DNA from: Pseudogymnoascus verrucosus
Taxonomy: Eukaryota
NCBI GenBank assembly: GCA_001662655.1
Contig: KV460226.1
DNA length: 64,000 bases
Reading direction: 5' to 3' (one strand)
Under the pieces are notes generated by a model. That model was not told the DNA's origin and made no database searches. It worked only from the letters and a program-made list of their open reading frames with translations. How positions within the stretch are numbered: position 1 is the stretch's first letter; each line of letters opens with the position of its first letter. Below are positions 12,010-21,468 of this stretch, in pieces. A program made the position numbers and the translations under genes.

Positions 12010-13160
12010 GTTCACCAACGTCCGAGGCGGCAAGGCTGCTCTCGGCGCCGGTTTCGCGCAGATTAGGCTGTCTATCCTGAGAATGCGCCAAAAGCAAGTG
12101 AGGACCAATGGGTCCTGCTTAGGGCTGCACACGAGGGTGCACGTGAGGTTCAGTATGGAGGGGGGGGTAGAGGGAAGAGAGGAAAGCGGTGGACGAGGCG
12201 GCACGGCTGCACATGCTGCTGGTTTGGCGCAAGATGGGGTGGTCTGGGTTGGAAATGCGTGGAAAGGAAGGGAGGGCCAATAAGGCACGTTTATGGCAGC
12301 AGTTGTGTGGGATTGGGTCGAGAGTTGTGCATTATAGTGAGAGAACTTAGGAACGGGGTGTTTACCGCCGATGGGGCGGCACGGCGGCTCTTTACGCCGG
12401 ATTTGCGCAATTCCAAGCTCGACAGCTTGGTTTGCGCAAAACCCAGGCCGGGACCTATAGGGTCCGCTTGGTTAAGGTAGGTGAGTATGTGGGCGGGAGG
12501 GGTGAAGGCGGGAGTGAGCGGGGGAGACAGTTAACTGGCAGACAGGGCAACACGGCATCTCTTTCTTCCGGTTTCGCGCAGATCAAGCCGCGGAGCTTGA
12601 AACTGCGCAAATCACAAGTGAGGACCAATAAGGTCCGCTTGCTTGAGGCGGCCGAGGTTGTAGGCAGGGTGTGGGTAGGTGTGAGGAGACGGGGGAGACA
12701 GTTAGCCGGCAGACGGGGCGGCACGGCTGCTCTTTATGCCGGATTTGCGCAAATTCTAGGCCGACAGCCTTGCCTGCGCAAATCCGGCGCTGAAGGCGGC
12801 CGTGCTGCCCTGTCTGCTGCAGAACGTGAGCAAGGCTGTCAGCCTGGGATTTGTGTAAGATGCAGTGAGGACTAATAGGGCCCGTTTGATGGGGGGAGTG
12901 CACAAGCCGCATGGGGTGTAGGAGCGGTGGCAGATGTTCACCGGCAGCGACGGGGCGGCAGTGCCGCCCTCGGCGCCGAATTTGCGCAAAATCGGTTCTA
13001 GAGGCGGCCCGGCTAGTGGGATTACATGGGGTTTGAAGTATTACATGACAATTAGAGTGCATGGGACTGACTACTAGTGCACTAACAGCGACGGGGCGGC
13101 AAGGCCGCCCTCGGCGCCGGTTTGGAGCAAATAGATGCGCTAAGTGAAAAGGTGCGCAAT
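12010..13160. repeat. Non-coding array of 7 palindrome-rich units, period mostly 171 bp
   Basis: GRGGCGGCAMGGC..CTCT....GCCGG.TT.GCGCA core at 12024, 12195, 12373, 12544, 12715, 12952, 13093; GGACC-N4/5-GGTCC in units 1, 3, 4. Confidence 0.88.
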
Positions 13161-13488
13161 GAATAACTGAGGGCCTGTGAGGCTGTTTCGGTGGGGTATC
13201 GCAAGTGGGCATGGGAGTTCATTGCAGCCAGCTGCATACTACAAACGAATGAGTTGTAAGGATCTAAGTGATTATTGCAACTTTCTTTGGTTTGAAAGGG
13301 CGTTTGATATAAGGTTCATGAGAGAGTGGGAAGATACAGTACTTATTAAAAGATAATAGTTATTTGTATGTGAATATTTGTATTATAATTATATTATATC
13401 AACGCCTAAATATGCTTCATTCCAACTCCATCTTCCCTTCCAATAGTACGCCCATCGCTATGCCCTCACCCAAAATCACCACTCCCCC

Positions 13489-15199
13489 TCACTTACCCAC
13501 CCCCTTCAAAATCAACTCCGCCACCTTCTCCCCCACCACCATAACCCCAAACATCGGATTAACACTCAACGGCTCCAATAAACTCGCATCAGCAACCCAC
13601 ACATTCCCCGTCCCCACCACCCTCCCCCTGTCATCCACACACTTCCCAATCTTACAACTCCCACTCCAATGATTCACCTGCCCCCTCGCATACGCCGACG
13701 GCGTGGTGATATACTGCTCTATCCTCGCCACGCTGGCATCGCGCTCTAAATTCAACGTCTTCACATCCGCCGGCAGCGCTGCGAAGATCCGCTTGATGAA
13801 GCTGGCGATGGCGCGAGCGTCCGGGGCGGAGGAGTAATACACGTTCCCGTCCGGACCGGGGATGAACTTCCCATCGAGCACCACCGAGCCGCGCGACGCG
13901 AGACCAGAGGTGCCGTAGATGTTAAGCGTGATGGTAGTAGCAGACGTATAATCCGCGTACCCCCCCGTGCCGATCGTGCCTTGGAACCCAACAATACGGC
14001 CATCAGGCTGGGCGGCGCGGGAGAAGAAAACAGATGTCTGACCCGCAGAAGCGTACGGCCCAGAGCGGTGCGCTAGGTAAAGCGCCGAGTCCGCGGGTGC
14101 GGGGTTGCTATAAGACGGTCCGAAGGCGGTGATACTCGGGCTGGACAGCTCGATGAATGTATTCGGGTTGTCGAAAAGGTTTGCGCCTACGGCAGCGTTG
14201 GATATCCAGTCTCCGTGCGTGAGGTTGCCGAGTTTACCGGCGGCGGAGAGGCGGGTGAGGGACGCGGCGGGGCCGATGCCGGAGAACATTAGGAGGGCGG
14301 GGGTGGCGATGGCGCCGGCGCTGATGATGACGCGGCCGGTGTTGGAGAGGGGGATGAGGGTCTCGATGCCGTTGAGGTGGATCCAGACGCCTGTTGCTGA
14401 GGTGCCGGTGCGTTGCACGCGCACGGCGCGAGTGCCGCTTTGGAGGTGGAAGTTGGGGAGCTTGAGGGCGTCTTGGAGGTAGGTTGGGACGGGGCCGGCT
14501 CGCTGGCCGTTCTTGTATCCGTATACTGGGCGTCCGAAGACGTCGTGTTTGTTGTCTTTGTTCTCGTTGATCTTGACGTCGGCGAAGCCGAGGCTGTCGA
14601 CTATCCAGCGCCTTGCGATGTTGTAGCCGGATTGCAGGTACTGCTTCCCATCGGCAGATGGCGTGTCTGTAGATGGAGCGCGCGCTTTCACCCGATTAAT
14701 CGCTCCGCCCATGTCGGCTGCCTTCCAGCCGGCGGGGAAGAACGAGTCCCAATCGCTGGAAGGCGGCTCGAAGTACAGGCCTGCATTGATGGCGGAGCCG
14801 CCGCCGATAGTGCACCCGCCATAGGCGTTGATGGTGCCGCTGCAGATGAGGCCGCCGCCGTCTCCGAAGATGGAGCTGTAGAGGCCGGGGACATCGACGC
14901 GGGTTAGGTTTGTGTTGTTAAGCCAAGACGGGCGGCGGGAGGAGAGGTTTCCACCCGTGACGCCGTATGAGGGGCCGCCACCCTCGAGCAGGAGGGTATT
15001 GAGCTTGGCTTCGGCAAGGCGCGTGGCAACTATGTTTGTTAGTGAGAGAATGAAGTGAGGGGGAGGGATAGCAACCTATGATACCAGCTGGGCCTGCGCC
15101 GACAACTATGGCATCCCATTTGGTCTTCGTCCAATCGGCGGCGGCCAATGAGAGGAGGGAGGCGAGCTGGGCTACGAGGAAAAGAGCTATATGCTTCAT
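13489..15199 (-). CDS. Secreted GMC oxidoreductase, cellobiose dehydrogenase flavodomain (AA3_1-like) without cytochrome domain; intron 15030-15075
   Basis: Signal peptide MKHIALFLVAQLASLLSLAAA directly followed by WDAIVVGAGPAGII|VATRLAEA...LLLEGGGPS, GCTIGGGSAINAGLYFEP, VIISAGA, LMFSGIGP, VNHW...C, VADAS, VNP; frame checked continuous after splicing. Confidence 0.9.
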
Positions 15200-16125
15200 G
15201 GCTTTGGCTTGTGATGAGAAGGAACTGCCTGAAGACCAAAACGAACAATTGACGAGTTCAATCACGGAGGGCACATTGCTACTATTATACCACTGCCAAT
15301 GCCGAGGATAGCTAGCAACTCGGCACGAAGCAATTCAGCTCCAGCTCAACTCTGGTCCTGGCCTGGGCTAAAATAAGAAAAATCCTGCCGTGGCACCAGT
15401 AATACCGTCATTTTACGAAGTCAGGGTTCGATTAGCCCGTGGCAGTTAAGGCTTAGATTCGTGTTGGCGGGTCGGCATGTGCGGAAAGTCGTACAAGAAA
15501 GGAAATCCACGATGCAAATCAGCCCAAATCAACCCAGGTCAATCCACTTCTCGTGTCGTTGCCGATCGTGGTACTAGCCGCATTAAGGGTCACCCTGCCA
15601 CCTGAACCACACCATGCCGGGTATTGATTATGCGGCTGAGCACCAATAAACGCTGCTTTTTTAAGACAATAATTTTTTGTGGTTGTCATCGCAACTTGGT
15701 ATCGGGATCCTCTCATATTCTCAATGGCGAACCTGGGCCGTGATGACCCGCGTTCGAGAAGGTGCGACGTTGCGACGCAAGGAGCTTCAGTCGGGCGTGG
15801 ATGAAGCAAGGAGCTGACGAGGAGCGAATATAGAGGCTGAGAAACACGAAGTGAAGTCATGAGGCAGAGTTTGACAGGTTAAGAGGCCCATGTAAGGGGG
15901 GTCGGTGATAAATTCCACTCAAACCAACGTTGCAATAAGCAGACGGGTGTGTATCTTCCACATACGACCATAGACTCAATAGAATTAGGTGTCACATTTG
16001 CTATACGCCAGTACAAGTAAAATATGTAGACCCCTACTTGTCCTTGGACGTGGAGTTTGGCCATCTCTTGAACCTGTCACGAGTTAATAACTGGGCTATA
16101 ATAAAGAGCTGGGGGTTTTATAAAC

Positions 16126-17640
16126 TCACATTCTCCAGTGTCTACCTTTCTTGGATTCCGAGGGAGATGGCCCATCTGGATCAACTAATGTCGTAGACGC
16201 AGAACGGCTAGATTGACCATCATCATCGCCATTCCTAGATTTTTTAGGCCGCTCCGGCATCGGCCACATATGCATAGTAATGAACATATCCGACTCGACA
16301 ACAGTTTCCCACACCTGTGGCAGAATTATCTCGCCGTTTGGGCCGATTAGATCGTAGTGTCCCTTTTGAACGTGTGGCCCGATAACATCTACATGAATGA
16401 AGGCTTGCCTAATAAAGTCCTCCATACCCTACGTGCGAGATATTAGCTTAATGAGGTTTCCAGAGTGTAAAGTTGGGTTACTTACCACCCATGTGCAGGC
16501 GATATGGAAAGGGACCGTAAATTTGCGTCCTACAGCGTCTTTGAACTTTAGTGGCATTTGTGTCCCGCGTTCTATTCTCATCATCATCTTCTCAAGGTCT
16601 ATCAGTAGATCTGAATCTTGAAGTCCTTTCTGCTGCTGTGCCTTCAAAAGCTTCTCAAACCGAGAAACCATGCCAACTTCCTTGTAAGGTTCAGACCCTG
16701 CTTTCGAATCTTTCAATGAGTCCTTGCTTTCTTTGTCACTATGCTTTACAGCTGTACTTTCGATATCAACAGCCTCTGGTGAGTTAGCTGGCTCTTTTGT
16801 GTGGCGCTGATTCATGAACTCTTCTAATTTGGCAAATCTTGCTTCTATGCCATCATCTTTTTCATCCATATCTAGTGTATTCGGTAAAGGTTGAGGTATT
16901 TCTAACTGCGAATCCGACGGTGGTTGAGACGATAGAGATGATAGAGACGACAGAGACGATAGAGACGACAGAGACGATAGAGACGACAGAGACGATAGAG
17001 ACGACAGAGACGATAGAGACGATCGAGATGATGATATCCACGGTGAACTCGGAGACTTGACTTGATGTTGTGAATCAGACGGTAGCAGAGACGATGATAT
17101 CGACGGTAAAATCAGAGATTTGACTTGATATTGCGAAACTGCAGATGGTATATGCTCGTGGCTTGTTGAGTAGTGTAAGCATTGGTTACAGTTAAAAATT
17201 GCAGGTCAAACTTACAATTGGGCTGTAGCAAGTAAAACCGAAATACTGCTTAGTTTGATGTGCAACGCGTCTTTGAGGGCCCTTAGCTCCTCTTTTTTAA
17301 ATAATACCCATCCCATCTTCTGCCAGCTATCAGAGAGAGTATTTCCTGGCGCCCTTCCGCATAACCGTTCTCGGTACCGTTTTGTTTTCTCTAGGAAATC
17401 GTCCATTATGCTCATCGAAGAGAGCACAATACATGATGCTGCATTTACCGTCGCATGGCTCAAGGTTGGATTACTTGTCATCCGTCCCACCTGAAGGAAT
17501 GTCTGATGTATGGCACCAATTTCCATGACAGCTTCTTGGTACTCCTGCGTGGGCCCGCGGCTGCTGGACAAGGCTTGGAGCAATCGGTAGCTTAGGTTTG
17601 CTCCAGCAATGAAATCGCCGACGGAGTATCCAAACGACAT
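16126..17640 (-). CDS. Fungal NLR-type N-terminal (SesA/HeLo-like) domain + Ser-rich linker + C-terminal ubiquitin-like domain; introns 17162-17215 and 16429-16485
   Basis: MSFGYSVGDFIAG...YQE...KMGWVLFKKEELRALK N-terminus; C-terminus PLKFKDAVGRKFTVPFH..CTW|GMEDFIRQAFIHVDVIGPHVQKGHYDLIGPNGEIILPQVWE; both GT-AG introns keep one open frame. Confidence 0.8.
16926..17033. repeat. 9-bp microsatellite GAGACGA(T/C)A x12, coding (SSL)n on the minus strand
   Basis: Twelve 9-nt units with alternating T/C; lies in exon 2 of the 16126-17640 gene. Confidence 0.9.
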
Positions 17641-18081
17641 CTTGCTATATAGTAGGATGAGGGATGCGCATTAAAAAATGCGATGGGTAGTAGACTGATG
17701 GGCATATTTAAGAGCTTGGAAAATATCGATAGGACTGTTGCGAGAGATTCAAGGCTGTTCGTAAGGTGCATAAGCACAGCCTCACTATATGATAGGGCTG
17801 TTTTCATGGCTGTTCCCAAGATGCATGTACAGTTTGTACACGTTTTTTTTTTTCGATGTCATAGAGGAATTATCAACTTTATCTGTGGGTATTATCATTA
17901 TATAGCATATGTAAGCTATCTTATAAAATTCGAAAATTATGAGACGAGCCCGTCTTGTAGACATAGTAGAATAACTCCTAAATGAATCATCGACTGATGT
18001 GTGTATGTGCCTTGCCTTCACAACCAGAACGCCAATAGTAACCTGCGCGCCAACACGGAGTGTAGAAAAGCCTCGCCTTAA

Positions 18082-19280
18082 TCATGTATATTTATGACTG
18101 ACATTATCGATATTCTTCGCATGGCCGTTCTTGTTGTCATGACTATGACTCCAGTAGGTAATAGAAATGCTCCCCTTTTTGTCAACCTCTAGCCATTCCT
18201 GGCAGGCTTTTGCGTCGGTGGTCTCCGCTTCTACCGAGCAAATAGAACGCAGTTCCTTCTCCCTCCAATTGTAGGGAAATATCCAGTGACTGGGGAGCAG
18301 GACAATCTCCTGTTTGGTTTTCTCCGCCTGCGACGCGAAGGGGCCAACGGCTGCTAGAGCAGTGGCCTCTTAACTTAGCCCGTTGGTGTTGATTTCGAGG
18401 ATAGCTTTGTATAGAGCAACCGGCCCTGTCCATTCCTCGGGCAAAGTTTTGTGAAACAACCAATAGATGAACGATTTAGTCCTTTCGACCCGTGTTCGTG
18501 CGGACAGTGGGGGCATGAGGAAGAATGGGTGTCCCGGGGAGGCCATCTACGCATTCGGGATCGAGTTCTCGAAGCTCTCGTTAGTGCCCATGCGCCTAAA
18601 TATAGCGAACTGGTTTATTTGCTCGCCGTCGACGCTAGCAGTGGTGTTCTCAGCGTTTAGGATGTCGAAGGCCTTGAAGGCGGCTGAGGTAGGACGGAGG
18701 CAATCGGTGTCGAGATCGATATAAACTCTAGGGGGGAAGGATGATTAGTAAAACATCGCTGCTATGGCTCAGGTTGTTTCATCGCAACTTACCCGCCAAA
18801 CATATATACGTACAAATTCCGAGAGAAGTCGGCACGGTAAATTTCTCCTAGTAGCTCCAAGTATGCTTCCTCGAGCTAGGAGAAGTACTTCTTCACCAGG
18901 TTGAGGTTGTCCTCGTTGGTCCATAACACCCACTCCCAGTCACGATGTTTTTCGCGGCAAACAGTGCTCCATTTCTCGAACTTAAGGGGGAGCTCGTTGG
19001 TCTTCCAGCTCTGATGGAGTAGCTTCGGGACGGAAGACTGATCGGAGGGCAAAGGTCGACAGAGGAGCTCTGCGGCCGATAAAGGTCGCGCCAGTTTCGC
19101 CTCTGTATTTATGATTAGCGTCTGTACAACAAGGTCCAGCGGGCATCCTCTGCCAAAGTCCAAAGCCCATCGCTCAGTTAGTCGATTCTCAAATGTTTGT
19201 TGTGAGTGACTGGATTTATGGACGAAGAAGAAGGACAGGAGGAGCCAGATATCCAGACATATCCAGACAGGTCGACTCAT
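18082..19280 (-). pseudogene. Glycosyltransferase family 32 (Sur1/Och1-like DXD mannosyltransferase) pseudogene; intron 18728-18792
   Basis: N-terminal TM, VPKLLHQSWK, RADFSRNLY..FGG|VYIDLD, PNA*MASPGHPFF, TGPVAL, TYWSHS; in-frame stops TAG 18876-78, TAG 18547-49, TAA 18370-72. Confidence 0.88.
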
Positions 19281-19489
19281 CTTTGATTCTGGTATGCAAC
19301 CAAGCTGTCAGAACTTACCCATCATCCAAATGATCTGGTGGTCACACGAACTGTCTAATGGATGAGACACTAGGGAACTCGTACGGCTCAAGGGTATCGA
19401 AAGTGGTCAGATACTAAACAGCAGATATGGCTTCATTAATGCACCAAACCCAGGTGCTTTATGTGATATATTAATCCTGTAGCTTCTAT

Positions 19490-20394
19490 CTACTTTGCTT
19501 TGTTGCCGTTAGTTTTCGGAGTCTTGCTCCTGAACGTATACATGAACAGCTGTTCTCTGCTCCACACCTCTTTATCCTTGTCTTCGATCTCCTCAATTGA
19601 AAATAATTTCCTCGCGGCCTTCATAAACTGCGCATCAGCCCGTCGCCTTTTCTTGAAGCAGAAGTAAATTACTGCCTGGTCAAAAGCAGTGAGAAGCTGG
19701 GTGAGAGTGAGGAGGAGAAGAGGAAATGCCGGCTCAAAATAGACGCAGTCGGCCGCAAGGATATGTGTTGCGGGTCTCGAAGATAGCATTTCTGGCAGAG
19801 GCTCGCCCCTATTTAGTAGTCAGTAAAGCAATCCGGGAGGAATGTGACTGTGCAAATACCAATTCAGCACTAAAGGGGTAACACGTGACTCGAGGTTGTT
19901 GAGCTTGACATTCTGCTCCATCAACGGTAACATATTTATTTGATCTGTGATATATATCGGTGCCGTAATATTGCAAGCCAATGCAACAGCGAGTCCGACG
20001 AGTCCTCCTCCAGCTCCAAGTTCGAGTCTAAATTATGCGTCAGCTGACCAGATTTTTTTTTTCGTGGCAGTGAGCCGGGAAGCGGAAGAAGTTGATATTG
20101 GAATGACAAGAGCCACCGTTCCAGACGACAGCTCTGCTGACTGTGTTCTCACATTGTAGCATCTTTCAAATCATCTTTATGTTCCCTCAGCATGTATTTT
20201 GAGAGTACCATCCCCGCCGGCCACAACTGGCCCCCACATCCGCCTTTCAGATCTTCATGGAGCTGTAGTGGTGCTGTGAGCAACCCGTCAAAGTCTATGG
20301 ACGTGGTTGAAGCGGTCTTGTAGACTGGGAGAGGAGTCAAGTCTTCGCCGATAGAAAGAGGCGAGAATTCCGGAGATGGGACGCGGGGGATCAT
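19490..20394 (-). CDS. EFM6: Protein-lysine N-methyltransferase, Efm6/METTL21-like; introns ~20028-20152 and ~19809-19859
   Basis: LHEDLKGGCGGQLWPAGMVLSKY, LELGAGGGLVGLA, ITDQ, VLNW|GEPLP, ILAADCVYFEPAFP, KKRRRAD. Confidence 0.85.
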
Positions 20395-20717
20395 CGCTCG
20401 CAGGGTTTTGATATCGATCTGATTTACTACTGTAGGGTAGGGTACACGCCAGGTTGTTCGTCGTCTTGGCTGATGTATCAAAATGTAACAGATTGCTACG
20501 ATTCGCTAAGAGAGTGACTTATTGCGTGACTTCAGTTTGTGGTGTTACCAGATTCAGTTTAGTGCCAGCGGGAAAGCCGCAAGCCTGACCCTCCCTCCTT
20601 TCCAAGACGCTGACATCAATATGAGAAAGTACAGTACGTACTGTACTCTTATAACTGTACTTCCTGTACCAATGTGAGGAATCAAACTACAAAATTCTCT
20701 ACCCGGGTATTGTTATT

Positions 20718-20791
20718 TTACTCCTGTTTACCTCCTGTTTACCTCCTATTTACCTCCTATTTACCTCCTGTTTGCCCCTGTTTACTCCTGT
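20718..20791. repeat. 11-bp tandem repeat TTTACCTCCT(G/A), ~7 copies
   Basis: tttactcctg tttacctcctg tttacctccta tttacctccta tttacctcctg tttgcccctg tttactcctg. Confidence 0.85.
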
Positions 20792-21468
20792 ATACAGCAT
20801 TGTGACCAGTAGTTTGGTCGTTATATAACGTTAGTATACCGTTGAGAATGCTCTGTGCTTTGGACACAGACTGATCAGTCAATAGAAAAGCGATACCTCA
20901 CATTTTTCTACTCCTGCTTGAACCAAAGCCAGGTTGCGAAATTCCCATTTCATGGCTCGAGTATCTAAACCGAGGTCGATCTGCTTTGAAGTAGTGGACT
21001 TCTCGGCATGGATCTCAAGCGTGGACTTTGGATATGCTCGTTGGGAGATATCAAGCCTTATTACTCTCCAGAGATGGCAGCATACCAGCCCAACCCCTTG
21101 ATAAGTTACAGAACCATGGCCCCCTTGCAGGACGAACATTCTTATGAACGCCCTGCCTGCCGTTTCTCGTCATACCACTTCCACTCACACGACATTAAAC
21201 CTCGTGGCAAGCTAATCCAGATATGCGAGGGAGGATCTCCGTTTGATGATGCCTGTAGCCGCCTTGTTCGACATGGGGACGGCAGAACGCAGCCGGGAAG
21301 GTTCGTCAGGTTTGCTACCTCGGGATTCTTCCCTCCCCATTTTGTCCTGTTATTTTGATATCTCGTTTGCTCTTTCATGTTGTGTCGCTGTTGATTCTCT
21401 ATTTCTACCAGACCATCTGGAGAAACCATCTTGTAGTGAAAAGCTGAGTCCCCTTGGACAGCAGCAAG

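Noticed and set aside
12010..13160. Calling the palindromic array a CRISPR array
   Set aside because: Eukaryotic context, repeats ~100 nt and degenerate, spacers partly similar to each other, no cas genes.
11974..13212. ORFs with repeated GFAQI / ICAKP peptides
   Set aside because: Translations of the non-coding palindromic repeat on both strands; frames are not maintained between units.
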